A stretch of DNA of 64,000 bases, taken from contig NZ_CP178454.1 of NCBI RefSeq assembly GCF_047275885.1, positions 2,407,817 to 2,471,816 on the forward strand. The letters run 5' to 3'. Within the stretch, counting starts at the first letter, position 1. Each line of letters begins with the position of its first letter. A program made the position numbers and the translations under genes. Shown piece after piece: positions 10,760 to 22,159 of the stretch. This stretch comes from Anabaena azotica SJ-1 (GTDB lineage: Bacteria; Cyanobacteriota; Cyanobacteriia; Cyanobacteriales; Nostocaceae). The notes under the pieces were generated by a model. It ran no database searches, was not told where the DNA came from, and worked only from the letters and a program-made list of their open reading frames with translations.

Positions 10760-11336
10760 ATGTTAACTGTAAAAACCCTCTACGAAACTGACTTTAATCT
10801 CTGGTTAGAACAAACGGCTATTTTACTGAAAGAAGGCAAATTAGAACAATTAGATATTGAGAATTTACTTGAAGAAATTGAAGGGATGAGTCGCAAAGAA
10901 AAAGATGCTTTAGAAAGTAATCTAATTCGCGTATTACAACATTTACTCAAATGGAAATATCAATCAGAAAAACGCTCTCCTAGTTGGTCTTATACGATTA
11001 TTGAACACTCTCGCAGATTAAACTAGGACTTACGCAAGTGTCACACCAAACATCTATTTTATGGTGCGTCAGATATCAAATATCTGTTTATTTGCAGGAT
11101 TTATGAAGTTTGACGCACCCTACTAATATGCCAGTTGCGTAAGTCCTGTAAACAAAACCTTTAAAAATAGTCCTAGTCTCAAACGTCATTTTGATGCTGT
11201 ATTTGATGAATGTTACCAAGAAGCTTGTAAAGCTGCTGCTGTTGAAACTCAACTCGCTTTAACTACTTTTCCTGAATTATGTCCTTTTACTAAATCGGAT
11301 GTTTTGGATGTTAATGTTGATGATTATTTTATTTAA
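10760..11336 (+). pseudogene. DUF29 family gene (copy 2) split by a 123 bp MITE insertion.
   Basis: The N-terminal 88 aa end at ...SRRLN. After the inserted element the same frame continues as KTFKNSPSLKRHFDAVFDECY...DDYFI*, which is collinear with copy 1. Confidence 0.75.
11025..11147. mobile_element. MITE-like element with terminal inverted repeats TAGGACTTACGCAAGTG ... CCAGTTGCGTAAGTCCTG and a 5 bp TSD, TAAAC.
   Basis: Perfect TIRs. Flanking TAAAC direct repeats. Excising the element restores the DUF29 reading frame. A nested internal palindrome is present (GGTGCGTCAGA ... TTTGACGCACC). Confidence 0.8.
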
Positions 11337-11444
11337 TAACTGTTTCATACTAAACCTCCTCCCCGCAAGCATACTCTGGTGGGCAAGATGCCAACCCCAC
11401 AATAACTAGACGAATAGATTATTGTTCACTGTTGTTGGAAAAAC

Positions 11445-11505
11445 AGCATATTAGTAGGGTGCGTCAGACTTTATAAATCCAGCAAATGAACAGATTTTTA
11501 ATAAA
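11445..11505. repeat. Degenerate fragment of the same MITE family, in inverted orientation.
   Basis: CATATTAGTAGGGTGCGTCAGACTTTATAAATCCAGCAAATGAACAGAT is the reverse complement of the copy-A core. The TIRs are absent. Confidence 0.5.
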
Positions 11506-11684
11506 TTTAGCTCTTCATTATCAGAAAGTCCTAAATACAAAAATAAACAGACAAAATATGGGGTCAGCACTTCAGTTGCCAACCCCTATTCTGGTGATAA
11601 ACCCTAAAACTAAGAAATTGTATACAGCACAAAACCTAGAACTGAGACTGCAAACTTAATTTAAAATCTCAAATCTACAATCAC

Positions 11685-12971
11685 TTAATTTTTAGGTGGT
11701 GTGCGTCGCCGTTGGAGAAAATCAGGAATATCTAATGCTGGTTTTTCCTTGGGTTCTGGAGTTGGATTTGGTTGATTAACAGTTGGTTGTGGTGTTGGTT
11801 TCCTGGTATTTGTAGGAGTTACAGGTCTAACATTTGCCACGGTTTGTTGTGGTGCGGTTTGGATTTCACCTGTAAAGCCAGTGGCAATCACGGTAATTCT
11901 GACTTCTCCTTGTAGTCGGTCATCAATTACTGCGCCAAAAATAATATTGGCATTGGGATCAACTACTTCATAAATTGTTTCTGCCGCAGCGTTTACTTCA
12001 TGTAGGGTCAAGTCGCTACCACCAGTGATGTTGAAAACAACTCCTCTTGCGCCTTCAATCGAGCATTCTAATAATGGTGAAGAAATCGCGGCGATCGCCG
12101 CTTCTCTGGCTCTAGATTTGCCAGAACTCACACCAATTCCCATCAATGCTGATCCTGCATCTGCCATGACTGCACGTACATCAGCAAAGTCAACATTAAC
12201 TAAACCAGGGATCGTAATGATATCAGAAATACCTTGCACCCCTTGACGCAGGACATCATCAGCGTAGCGAAATGCTTCTTGTACTGGTGTTTGTTCAGGA
12301 ATCACTTCCAACAGCTTGTTATTGGGGATAATGATCAAGGTATCTACCCGACTCTTTAATCCTTCAATTCCTTGTTCAGCTTGGGTGGTGCGTCGTCGTC
12401 CTTCAAACACAAATGGCCGAGTAACTACACCCACAGTCAAAGCACCCATTTCTTTGGCCACTTCTGCCACAATTGGGGCTGCACCCGTACCAGTGCCACC
12501 TCCCATACCGGCGGTGATAAATACCAGGTCTGCACCTTCTAAAGCCGTAGCAATCTCATCGCGAGATTCTTCTGCTGCCTTTTGACCAATGGCAGGATTA
12601 CCCCCTGCACCTAAACCCCTTGTCAGCTTCTGTCCGATTTGCAATCGACTGGGAGCGCCAGCTAAGGTAAGAGCTTGGGCATCGGTATTAATTGACCAAA
12701 ACTCAACCCCAGAGACATCAGATTCAATCATGCGGTTAACAGCATTTCCGCCGCCACCACCGACACCAATCACTTTAATATTGGCGACTCGTCCAGGAAC
12801 AATTTCACCAATGCGGCTGTTTTCAACCATCTTTTTACTATCATTACTTTGTCCGAAGTTCAGCCCAGAACTACCAAAGGGGTTGTTGGAATTAACTGCC
12901 AAAGATAACCCTGGCTGTCCCACGGTTTGGGAATTTTTATAGGTAAGCTCTTGGTTATTATCAAGTGTCAT
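11685..12971 (-). CDS. ftsZ: Cell division protein FtsZ.
   Basis: Tubulin signature [18 protein letters not shown], with the cyanobacterial N-terminal extension and a Pro-rich C-terminal tail. Confidence 0.95.
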   Translation of the reverse strand: MTLDNNQELTYKNSQTVGQPGLSLAVNSNNPFGSSGLNFGQSNDSKKMVENSRIGEIVPGRVANIKVIGVGGGGGNAVNRMIESDVSGVEFWSINTDAQALTLAGAPSRLQIGQKLTRGLGAGGNPAIGQKAAEESRDEIATALEGADLVFITAGMGGGTGTGAAPIVAEVAKEMGALTVGVVTRPFVFEGRRRTTQAEQGIEGLKSRVDTLIIIPNNKLLEVIPEQTPVQEAFRYADDVLRQGVQGISDIITIPGLVNVDFADVRAVMADAGSALMGIGVSSGKSRAREAAIAAISSPLLECSIEGARGVVFNITGGSDLTLHEVNAAAETIYEVVDPNANIIFGAVIDDRLQGEVRITVIATGFTGEIQTAPQQTVANVRPVTPTNTRKPTPQPTVNQPNPTPEPKEKPALDIPDFLQRRRTPPKN

Positions 12972-13818
12972 TGGATTTGTGAAAGGTAGATAAACGACTT
13001 TTTCGAGTTTTCTTTACTTAAGAGTCAACAATATTTTGACACTGGCACAATCTCTGGCACTGTTTTCTATTGTTCTCTTTGCTTCCTAATCCAACAGGAT
13101 TGGATGTGAGATAATTAGCTATCGAATCAGTGTTAAACTTGGGCGATCGCGCAGAGCGCAGTGCCAGAGGCAATAATCGCATAACTAATTCTAGAAAAGT
13201 ATACCTAGCATTGTCCGAATAACGGTCTATATAACTTGATCTAGACATTAATATTTTCAATGCTACGTTGCTGGTTTGTCCCCGTATGTCTTTGTTAAAG
13301 TTATGCTCAATATCCTCCCACTATTTCTACCGAAAATTCTCGTTAGTGATCAATTTTACAAATTTGCTTCTCCTTCTCTGGATTAGTTACTGCTTTTTTT
13401 TGTTTTTATTGTATAATTTGTGCCTTTCTATGACTTAAAATACTTAAAAAAGGCATTTTGTCTGATTTTAGAGTTGATTCTCATCCACAGATGAAAGTAT
13501 TTCTTATACACCTTAGCAGAGTAAAAGCAACTCTACACTCTAAATTCTCAACAAACCAGAGTAGTTGTAAAGATACATGATGCTAAATTTTATCTGCGTT
13601 ATTTTCAGATGGTTAGTAAATGTCACTATCACAGATGGTTGCACCTTATAGATCCAAATTTTGCCTTCTACTGTCTACTCTTTTAGCTTGAAGGCGGAAA
13701 AACTTAATGTTTGGCAATATCAATGTTTGTTTTAAAAGCGTGACTGCTTATCTGTAAAACTAACAAATATTTTTATCCGTAGAAAACTTGTTGATTTCCT
13801 CAAACAAGCAAGAGTTGA

Positions 13819-14766
13819 CTAGGGATCTGGGGAGTTAATCCGCTTTATTTGATTCACTTGTACTAATGGAGAGTCAGGGTTTTTCAGATCAATATATGCT
13901 ATCTGTCCAGGATTAAATTTTGCAGGTAAATGCCGCATTTGAACCAGTACCTTGATTTTTTGAGGTAGTTGGGCATTGGGTACACCAAGATGCACATTTC
14001 CTAGTTCGGTCTTCAATATTAAATTTGTGGGATCTTGACAATCAATTTCTATGACTTTCACAGAACTTTGACTGATAGCTTGATAAATTTGAGTCCAGTA
14101 AGGGCGGTATTGTTCTGGTGAACCCACAACTTTAAGACTGGGTAATTTACCAGTAGGATTTAGGGAAGTGTATTTTTCCAGGGGGATCAAAGCCCCGCTG
14201 GCATCTAGTAAAGCCACATCAGTCTGTTTTCTCTGAGAACTACTATTTTGCAGACATGGTGGTGTTGGTTTTGCAGCAGATTTATCTGAGGATTGGGGTT
14301 GAGTATTGCAGGTGGTTGTTTCTGATAACGGGAGGGTGTGAGTGATTGCCACTGGAAATCTTTCCTGGATTTCAATGACTAAACCAGGGGGAAACAAACG
14401 ACGACTGACAGTTGCTTTTGCGATCGCAGGTTGTTGTTCCAATGTTTCGGCAATAGCAGAAGGTTCAATTCGCCACAAGGATTGGGGATAAGATAGCACC
14501 AGCAGCGACTGAATTGTCTGCTCAGATAACAATTGATGACCCGATGTCATGACTATTTGTGTAGGAGCTTTTAGCACCCACATTGGTTGGATAATCAGCC
14601 AGAGTAATCCACCTGCTAGACCACTCACGGCCAATGTTCGCCAAATAGTCTGGATAATTTTCATCTGCCGTTGCCGACGTAATTTTTTACGCCTCTGGGC
14701 TAAATCCTTGCGGGAAATTGAGACTATACCAGCCATTAAAACCCCTTTTATTTGGTCATTAGTCAT
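13819..14766 (-). CDS. ftsQ: Cell division protein FtsQ/DivIB homologue.
   Basis: Basic N-terminus plus a single TM helix, followed by a POTRA-like region. The position directly upstream of ftsZ matches the conserved cyanobacterial ftsQ-ftsZ arrangement. Confidence 0.6.
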   Translation of the reverse strand: MTNDQIKGVLMAGIVSISRKDLAQRRKKLRRQRQMKIIQTIWRTLAVSGLAGGLLWLIIQPMWVLKAPTQIVMTSGHQLLSEQTIQSLLVLSYPQSLWRIEPSAIAETLEQQPAIAKATVSRRLFPPGLVIEIQERFPVAITHTLPLSETTTCNTQPQSSDKSAAKPTPPCLQNSSSQRKQTDVALLDASGALIPLEKYTSLNPTGKLPSLKVVGSPEQYRPYWTQIYQAISQSSVKVIEIDCQDPTNLILKTELGNVHLGVPNAQLPQKIKVLVQMRHLPAKFNPGQIAYIDLKNPDSPLVQVNQIKRINSPDP

Positions 14767-14912
14767 TGGTCATTAACTATTATTCATCAGCAAAAGACAA
14801 AAGAAAGATAAATATTCTCCCTACTCCCCTACTCCCTTGGTTAAGACCCTAACACCTACCATTTCCAGAAATTATCACTATTAAGCGGATGATTATGGTT
14901 TTTGATCACAGA

Positions 14913-15254
14913 TTATTTGTCGCCAACTTCTACAGGCAAATTTACTAGAAATGATTGTAATCGCATACGTTCAATATAAGGCCAACCCCCTTCAGACTCA
15001 ATATTTTTGAGAAGTGAGTAAAGTCTTTGACGGTTATCTGGCAAACTATCTTGAAATATTCCATCACGAATCTCTCTATGTAACTTTTCTAACTGCCGCA
15101 ACAAAGCTAACAGCGCCGTTACATCTCCTTGGCAAACTTCAGCGGCATCTTTGACGACATCTGTGATCACCTGTAACTTATCTGTCCGTTGCTCGAATTC
15201 AGAATTCTTATTATTGCTCATGCACATTTCTCCATATATACAGGCTAAACTCAA
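14913..15254 (-). CDS. Conserved hypothetical protein.
   Basis: 113 aa ORF; no domain recognised. Confidence 0.35.
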   Translation of the reverse strand: MSLACIYGEMCMSNNKNSEFEQRTDKLQVITDVVKDAAEVCQGDVTALLALLRQLEKLHREIRDGIFQDSLPDNRQRLYSLLKNIESEGGWPYIERMRLQSFLVNLPVEVGDK

Positions 15255-15890
15255 ATTTACCTAAGATTAGCCAGAAAGTCTTTACAGCAAAAAGGTACTG
15301 ATTCTGGAATAGGTGATTTATTTCCACCAACCTGTACTAGTGATCCAGTTTAGGCTGGTCGTTGGTAATTCTTCCCCACCATCCCAGTCATCTTCTATTG
15401 TTCCTCAAAAATTATTGCGATCGCTTCTAAAACCAAGCCATGACGTGCAAGACAAACCCCATTACAGCTAAATGGGATCAATAAGTTCTTGTTTCCAATC
15501 AGAGTGTTTTGATTTTGAGTTAAAAAAAATCGTATGATCTGGCTGATTTCCCAATTAAAAAATGGGCTTTACGTAGTGGTAGCACATACATACATAATAC
15601 AAAATATCTTGGGCAACGCCGCTGTTGCCAACAGCAAAACCCCCTTGCTACTCCTCAAGATAATGCGCTCAATCTAAGTAAAGAAGCGGTTAGATTGACC
15701 GTTTTAGCCTGTGGACTGGATCGTGCCGACACTTCCAGGAAGAAGCAGGAAGAAAAAGCTGGCTTTTATTACCATTAGTTAGCTTTTTTATATCCGATTA
15801 GAACTCCTTGGCAGATCGTGGTGTAAGCCATACTCCTGTATTCTTTTTGTTGACAACTTTAGATATTAATTTTTGACATTGAGGTTGACC

Positions 15891-16724
15891 ATGAGGTATC
15901 GCGCTTTAATCGTTGCATTCTTAGCTTTATGCTTAGGGCTAATCACTGCTTGTAGTGATGCACCCTCTACTAACAGCAGAGACTTACTTACTTACGAACA
16001 AATTCGAGGCACTGGTTTGGCTAACAAATGCCCTCAGTTGTCAGAAACAAGCCGTGGTTCTATTGCCCTAGATGGCACTCAGTCATACAGCATCAAGGAA
16101 CTTTGCTTAGAACCTACCAATTACTTTGTCAAAGAAGAACCCGCTAACAAACGGCAAGAAGCAGAATTTGTAGCTGGCAGATTGTTGACAAGATATACTT
16201 CCACCATTGACCAGGTACAAGGCGACCTAAAAATCAACCCAGATAATAGTCTTACCTTTGTAGAAAAAGATGGTCTTGACTTTCAAGCTATCACTGTCAA
16301 ACTTCCTGGTGGAGAACTAGTTCCTTTCCTCTTTACCATCAAAAACCTGGTTGCACAAACACAGCCTAATTTGACCAGTATCAACACCTCTACAGACTTT
16401 GAAGGCACTTTTAAGGTTCCTTCCTATCGTGGTGCTGCTTTCCTAGATCCCAAAGGTCGTGGTGTGGTTTCTGGTTATGATAATGCTGTGGCTTTGCCAG
16501 CCCAAGCGGATGATGAAGATTTGACTCGCACTAACGTTAAGCGTGCAGAAATCCTCAGTGGCAAAATTTCTTTACAAGTTGCCAAAATAGATAGCTCTAC
16601 TGGAGAAATCGCTGGTACTTTCGTGAGTGAACAGCCTTCTGATACAGATTTAGGTGCAGGTGAACCTAAAGAAGTCAAAATTCGTGGTTTATTCTACGGT
16701 CGAGTAGAAGCTAATCGCGCCTAA
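15891..16724 (+). CDS. psbO: Photosystem II manganese-stabilising protein PsbO.
   Basis: Signal peptide plus lipobox-like Cys, and PsbO hallmarks (FKVPSYRGAAFLDPKGRG, GELVPFLFTIKNLVA). ATG at 15891; the ORF track starts at an upstream TTG at 15873. Confidence 0.85.
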   Translation: MRYRALIVAFLALCLGLITACSDAPSTNSRDLLTYEQIRGTGLANKCPQLSETSRGSIALDGTQSYSIKELCLEPTNYFVKEEPANKRQEAEFVAGRLLTRYTSTIDQVQGDLKINPDNSLTFVEKDGLDFQAITVKLPGGELVPFLFTIKNLVAQTQPNLTSINTSTDFEGTFKVPSYRGAAFLDPKGRGVVSGYDNAVALPAQADDEDLTRTNVKRAEILSGKISLQVAKIDSSTGEIAGTFVSEQPSDTDLGAGEPKEVKIRGLFYGRVEANRA

Positions 16725-16763
16725 ATTTTGTTGATTAACACAATTTAACTCAATTGCCCTGCT

Positions 16764-16800
16764 GTTTTCAGGGGGCAGTTGGGTTTTTTTTATGGAATTC
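16764..16800 (+). terminator. Candidate intrinsic terminator downstream of psbO.
   Basis: An imperfect GC stem (CTGC...GCAG) followed by a T8 run (GGGTTTTTTTT). The stem is weak. Confidence 0.3.
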
Positions 16801-16992
16801 AGGAGGGTCGGGGGGGCAGGGGAGCAGGGGAGCAGGGGAGCAGGGGAGCAGGGGAGCAGGGGGGCAGGGGAGATGGGGGAAAAAATTAAAAACTAATGAT
16901 TTTTATCGGGCTTTTTGTGAAATGGTATCAGGAAGAATAGATTATTCTCCCCTATCCCCCTCATCCCCCTCATCCCCCTCATCCCCCTCATC
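16800..16992. repeat. STRR-type tandem repeats: about 8 copies of the octamer GGGGAGCA, and about 4 copies of the nonamer CCCCCTCAT.
   Basis: Read directly. The ORF 16754..17002 is a repeat-translation artefact. Confidence 0.85.
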
Positions 16993-17366
16993 TCCTAAGT
17001 AATCCTCTGTGAATTATTCCGTGAATAGACAGTAGTTCAATGAAGCTTTTACAAATTCACTTGAAGTTGATGGCTTCAATGCGTACTATTACTGACAAAT
17101 CGGTTTTATGATTCCAGAAAAATAATGAATATTATTACTCAATACCTATAAGTAAATCTCATATTGCGTTTGTTAAATTAAGTACGATCTCGGTTTGACA
17201 TTGGGGACATAATTGTATATTTTGATTCTATGGTAGTAGTTGAATAAGTTACAACATACCAAAATCTAATTCAATAACAAAAAGACCAATTCCGTTAAAA
17301 ATCGCACTAGATTTTCAACTCAGCCTAGAAAATCTTTTTCTAGTAGGTTTTTGCCTGCCATAGCGT

Positions 17367-18245
17367 TTGTGGATTATGCAAAAGGGTTGTTTATCAGTAA
17401 ATAGTACGAAGCGGCTAGGTTTAAAAACGATTAATTCACTCAACTATTTGCTTAGTCCCCAATGTGCCATGCCTACTACAGCCACGAACGAACTGAAACA
17501 TGAGATTTCCCAGTTATTGCGAGAGTATCAGCAATGTCCCTCAGAACGCCTCCGCAATCAATTAGTGAACTTAAATTTTGGACTAGTGAGAAAAGAGGCT
17601 CACTACTGGATTAATCAATGCCAAGAAAGCTACGACGATTTGATCCAGGTCGGCTGTTTGGGCTTGATTAGAGCCATTGAAAAATTTGAACTTTCTAAAG
17701 GAAATGCTTTTAGTTCTTACGCTATTCCTTATATTCGTGGGGAAATTCAACACTACCTCCGAGATAAAGGGGTGACTATGCGAATCCCCAGACGATGGTT
17801 GGCACTGCAACAGCAAGCAATAGGAATTTCCCGTTCTTTACGCGAAAAATATAACCGCCAACCTACTGATGCGGAATTAGCAGCAGCATTGGCAATTTCT
17901 GTGAGCGAATGGCAGGAAATTAAATTAGCGTGGGTGAATCGCTCCCCCTTGAGTCTTGATGTGCCGATACAAGACGGAGAAGAAGGTGCTACCTGTTTGG
18001 GTGAACTAGTTCCAGATCCTCATTACCGCAGTTTTCAATTGGCTCAGGAAGACCAAATTCGTCTACAACAAGCACTGGTACAGCTGGAAAATCGTACCCG
18101 CGAAGTTTTAGAGTGTGTATTTTTGCAAGATTTGACACAGAAGCAAGTTGCAGAACATTTAGGTATTAGTGTAGTTACTGTGTCTCGTAGAGTTAAAAAA
18201 GGACTGGATTTGTTGAAACACCTTATGGGTGTGGGAGAAGATTAA
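17367..18245 (+). CDS. RNA polymerase sigma factor, group 3 (SigF/SigJ-like).
   Basis: Sigma-70 region 2 (DLIQVGCLGLIRAIEKFE...YAIPYIRGEIQHYLRD) and region 4 HTH (QKQVAEHLGISVVTVSRR). The likely start is ATG 17469 (MPTTAT...). Confidence 0.8.
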   Translation: MWIMQKGCLSVNSTKRLGLKTINSLNYLLSPQCAMPTTATNELKHEISQLLREYQQCPSERLRNQLVNLNFGLVRKEAHYWINQCQESYDDLIQVGCLGLIRAIEKFELSKGNAFSSYAIPYIRGEIQHYLRDKGVTMRIPRRWLALQQQAIGISRSLREKYNRQPTDAELAAALAISVSEWQEIKLAWVNRSPLSLDVPIQDGEEGATCLGELVPDPHYRSFQLAQEDQIRLQQALVQLENRTREVLECVFLQDLTQKQVAEHLGISVVTVSRRVKKGLDLLKHLMGVGED

Positions 18246-18410
18246 CAGCACACAGGCTTAAACTGTGGTTTTGCTGGTCTGCCAATGTTAAAAATCAGCC
18301 TCGAAATGTCAAAATGTAGGTTATAAATAAAACAGTCTTCGCCTTGAATGATAATTTCCGGTGCGTAGATTTCCACAAGCAAACTTTCCTATAGCTTTCG
18401 AGAACAGCTA

Positions 18411-19274
18411 ATGGGTATAAATACACGAATTACAGCTACGGCTATTTTAACGTTGGCGATCGCCGGATGTACTATTGGTGGAGAAACACCAGAAGCGACT
18501 AACACTCCTCCTGCTCCAACTCCCCAAGATACAGCCCAAAAATCACCAGCACCAGCACCTTTTCCCAGTCCTTTGGTATCTCCTCCAGTTAAAAACTCTA
18601 TAGTGGCTAGAGGTACTGACTTAATTCCGTCTACAAATACAGATTTGCAACGGCAGATTATCCAACAAGGACGAAGCGATCCATTTGCAGAAATTGTTAA
18701 ATCTCCCATCGGTCAAACAAATACACCGCTGACAATTCCCAACTCGCGGCCAGTTCCTACATTACCGCCTCTTCCCATTCCCCAAAGACCACAAACAGGA
18801 CCAAAACTTGGTGCTGGACAATCACCAACAACTCCCAATGGAGTAGGTAAACCAGGTGGGACTCAGGGAAAAATTTCCAATGGAGCTAAACCTAAGCCTC
18901 CCATAGTTTCACCCTTGCCTAAAGTTTTACCTCAAACTCTTCCCAATTCAGCCATCAAACCTGTATTACCACCACAACCACAGCCTGAAACCGCAAGAGC
19001 AGTTTTAGTCAGTGGTATAGTTTTAATTGGTAGACAACCCCAGGCAATTATTAAAGTACCGGATGAACCAACAAGTCGCTATGTCCAAGCAGGACAACGA
19101 TTAGGTAACGGTGTTTTAATTAAGCGGATTGAAATGAACGGTGGTTCTAATCCTATTGTCATTTTTGAACAATACGGGATTGAAGTAGCCAAAGCCGTAG
19201 GAGAAAAACCACCTGCTTCTGAGCCGTCAAAGACTGCTGCTGGTAGTTCGATTTCAATGGGTACACCACTGTGA
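18411..19274 (+). CDS. Pro-rich putative lipoprotein.
   Basis: Lipoprotein-type signal (LTLAIAGCTIGG) followed by a long P/T/Q-rich low-complexity region and a C-terminal globular segment. The antisense ORF 18389..18709 was rejected. Confidence 0.45.
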   Translation: MGINTRITATAILTLAIAGCTIGGETPEATNTPPAPTPQDTAQKSPAPAPFPSPLVSPPVKNSIVARGTDLIPSTNTDLQRQIIQQGRSDPFAEIVKSPIGQTNTPLTIPNSRPVPTLPPLPIPQRPQTGPKLGAGQSPTTPNGVGKPGGTQGKISNGAKPKPPIVSPLPKVLPQTLPNSAIKPVLPPQPQPETARAVLVSGIVLIGRQPQAIIKVPDEPTSRYVQAGQRLGNGVLIKRIEMNGGSNPIVIFEQYGIEVAKAVGEKPPASEPSKTAAGSSISMGTPL

Positions 19275-19516
19275 TGACTCAATTGATTGAGGACTGGGTT
19301 GACTGACTACGGCTTCCAAAAACTGACGATTCCTCAACCATCCCACTCCCTAATCAACCTGACGGTTGATGTTGGTCTGAGATGTTTTCTTGATCATTAA
19401 TCTGAAAAATAGGTGATCTTCACCTTTTTTGACTGATTAAGATGGCCATATAAGGTTGCAAAAAAAACAAAAAATAAAATCTAATAACCGGATATTTCCG
19501 GTTTTATATTATTGAT

Positions 19517-19768
19517 ATGGAACAGATTCACAAAGAAATTGAATTTCCTAATTTGCCCTTAAGTGTATATCAGGAAATAGCAGCGCATTTGTGTCAAGTG
19601 GAAGGGGTAGAGGTGGATTTAATGCCCCAGACATCTTGTGAATTTGATTACAATCAAAGTCAAGTTGGTGGCTTATCTATTTCATGGACAGCAAATACCA
19701 ACGAGGAAAGACTCAAGCAAATTTTAGCTTACTATCAAAAACGCTATAGCAGTTTTGATTGTGAATAA
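19517..19768 (+). CDS. Small hypothetical protein (83 aa).
   Basis: ORF only. Confidence 0.25.
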   Translation: MEQIHKEIEFPNLPLSVYQEIAAHLCQVEGVEVDLMPQTSCEFDYNQSQVGGLSISWTANTNEERLKQILAYYQKRYSSFDCE

Positions 19769-20139
19769 AAGAGGACTTACGCATAAGGAGTATACAAGAG
19801 TGAACTTTTTTCATTCACAGCAGCTGGTAAGCAAACTGTGTTGATTTCTTAAGACACCTGTAACAGATAACTTATACAGTGACCCATTAAAAAGTAAACT
19901 ACTAGCATGGCTGCCGCAGCTACAGCCACTAATGTACCAGCTAACATTAGGGAAAATTCTTTGCTCTCGTAGGCTCTCTCCATCAGGTGTAGCGACCAGG
20001 CTACCAGCGCCACATCAAAAATTAAAATAGGAATCAACATATTTCTTAATATTTCTTAATACTAGTAAACTAATATTAACATTGTTTTGGGTAACTGTGT
20101 CTAACCTGGGAGAGATGTAATTGATATCTACATCTTTTA

Positions 20140-20913
20140 TTAACAAGGGATTCGCACTGGAACAGATCGTTCCTGTAGATAAGTTTTAATTTGTGCCACG
20201 CTTAATTGTCCGTAATGTAATAGGGATGCCAGTAATGCGGCTTCTGCTTTGCCTGTGGTTAAGGCTTCGTGGATGTGTTCACAGTTTCCTGCACCACCAG
20301 AGGCTATCACAGGAACTTCGACTGATTGGGCGATCGCTCGTGTTAACTCTAGGTCATAACCAGCTTGAGTTCCATCTGCGTCCATACTTGTAATTAACAA
20401 TTCTCCTGCTCCCCGTTTTGTTACTTCTTCTGCCCAATATAAGGCATCAATGCCAGTATTTTCTCTGCCTCCACGCACATACACATCCCAACCTGGGTTT
20501 TCAGGGTTGAGTCTGCGCCTAGCATCAATAGCAACTACAATACACTGATTTCCGAAGCGATCGCTGGCCTGATTAATTAAATCTGGATTGCGGACTGCCG
20601 CAGAATTAATACTAACCTTGTCAGCGCCGGCTCGTAACAAACCTTTAACATTTTCTAAGGATTGAATTCCTCCTCCCACAGTCAATGGAATGAAGACCTG
20701 TTCGGCAGTCCGGTAAACCACATCAATAATCGTGTCTCGGTCTTCATGAGTCGCTGTAATATCCAGAAACACTAACTCATCAGCACCAGCTTCGTTATAA
20801 ACCTTGGCCAGTTCTACTGGATCACCTGCATCCTTGAGATCCACAAAGTTAATTCCTTTAACAACTCTTCCCGCCTTGACATCCAAGCAAGGTAAGATTC
20901 TTTTAGACAACAT
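20140..20913 (-). CDS. hisF: Imidazole glycerol phosphate synthase cyclase subunit HisF.
   Basis: [20 protein letters not shown]... and the (beta/alpha)8 motifs of HisF. Confidence 0.9.
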   Translation of the reverse strand: MLSKRILPCLDVKAGRVVKGINFVDLKDAGDPVELAKVYNEAGADELVFLDITATHEDRDTIIDVVYRTAEQVFIPLTVGGGIQSLENVKGLLRAGADKVSINSAAVRNPDLINQASDRFGNQCIVVAIDARRRLNPENPGWDVYVRGGRENTGIDALYWAEEVTKRGAGELLITSMDADGTQAGYDLELTRAIAQSVEVPVIASGGAGNCEHIHEALTTGKAEAALLASLLHYGQLSVAQIKTYLQERSVPVRIPC

Positions 20914-21043
20914 AAATTTTCACTCCTCGTATTTGCTCGGAATTTAAATTGTAAATGTAATTAGGTGATTGGTGATTGGTGATTGAGGAAGAATATCCAT
21001 CTTCCTACTGACAACTGACAACTGATAACTAACAACTGACATT

Positions 21044-22156
21044 ATGGCGATAATCTCCTCAAAAAAACAGCCTCCAGAACCCAACGGACAACCAAAGCAG
21101 CAGCGGGAGTCAGCCAAAGCACCTTCCCCAGCACCCCCCCAGGAAAATATACTGCAACCAGAAGCGGCTATTGATGAAGAAGGTAAGCAAGAAGAGAGTA
21201 TTCGACCCCAACGATTTGCTGATTACATTGGGCAGAAAGATTTAAAGGATGTATTAGATATTGCTATTAAAGCCGCCAAGTCTAGGGGTGAGGTGATGGA
21301 TCATCTGTTGTTGTATGGTCCTCCTGGTTTGGGTAAAACTACAATGGCGATGATTTTAGCCTCGGAAATGGGGGTTAATTACAAAATTACCAGCGCCCCA
21401 GCTTTGGAACGTCCCAGGGATATAGTTGGGTTATTGGTTAATCTCAAGCCGGGTGATGTGTTGTTTGTCGATGAAATACACCGACTTTCGCGGATGACTG
21501 AAGAAATTCTTTATCCGGCAATGGAAGATTATCGCTTGGATATTACTGTAGGTAAGGGTTCTAGTGCCAGAATTAGAAGTATACCGTTGTCCAAATTTAC
21601 TTTGGTGGGAGCTACTACTCGTGTTGGTGCGTTAAGTTCACCTTTGCGCGATCGCTTTGGCTTAATTCAAAAACTGCGCTTTTATGAAGTGGATGAACTC
21701 AGTAAAATTGTTCTCCGCACTGCTGAATTATTACAAACTCCAGTTAATCTAGAAGGCGCTATCGAAATTGCCAAACGTTCACGGGGAACACCTCGTATCG
21801 CCAATAGGTTACTAAAAAGAGTCCGTGATTATGCGGAAGTTAAATCATTGACAGAGATTAATCAACCTATTGCAGCTGAAGCATTACAACTATTCCAAGT
21901 AGACCCATCTGGACTAGATTGGACAGATAGAAAAATGTTAAGTGTCATCATTGAAAACTTTAATGGTGGTCCAGTAGGATTAGAAACTTTAGCCGCAGCC
22001 ACTGGGGAAGATACCCAAACCATTGAAGAAGTCTATGAACCTTATTTAATGCAAATTGGTTATTTAAGCCGCACTCCTCGCGGTAGGGTCGCAACAAAAA
22101 TAGCTTATCAACACATGGGTTTTAAGCCACCTAATGAGCAGTTGTCATTGTTATAG
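21044..22156 (+). CDS. ruvB: Holliday junction branch-migration helicase RuvB.
   Basis: AAA+ Walker A ([11 protein letters not shown]), sensor motifs and the C-terminal winged helix. An N-terminal Pro/Gln-rich extension is present. Confidence 0.9.
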   Translation: MAIISSKKQPPEPNGQPKQQRESAKAPSPAPPQENILQPEAAIDEEGKQEESIRPQRFADYIGQKDLKDVLDIAIKAAKSRGEVMDHLLLYGPPGLGKTTMAMILASEMGVNYKITSAPALERPRDIVGLLVNLKPGDVLFVDEIHRLSRMTEEILYPAMEDYRLDITVGKGSSARIRSIPLSKFTLVGATTRVGALSSPLRDRFGLIQKLRFYEVDELSKIVLRTAELLQTPVNLEGAIEIAKRSRGTPRIANRLLKRVRDYAEVKSLTEINQPIAAEALQLFQVDPSGLDWTDRKMLSVIIENFNGGPVGLETLAAATGEDTQTIEEVYEPYLMQIGYLSRTPRGRVATKIAYQHMGFKPPNEQLSLL

Positions 22157-22159
22157 CAG

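Noticed and set aside
12025-12942. Three plus-strand ORFs (73-117 aa) inside ftsZ.
   Set aside because: They are antisense to a highly conserved gene, carry Pro/Ala-rich junk sequence, and are typical GC-skew artefacts.
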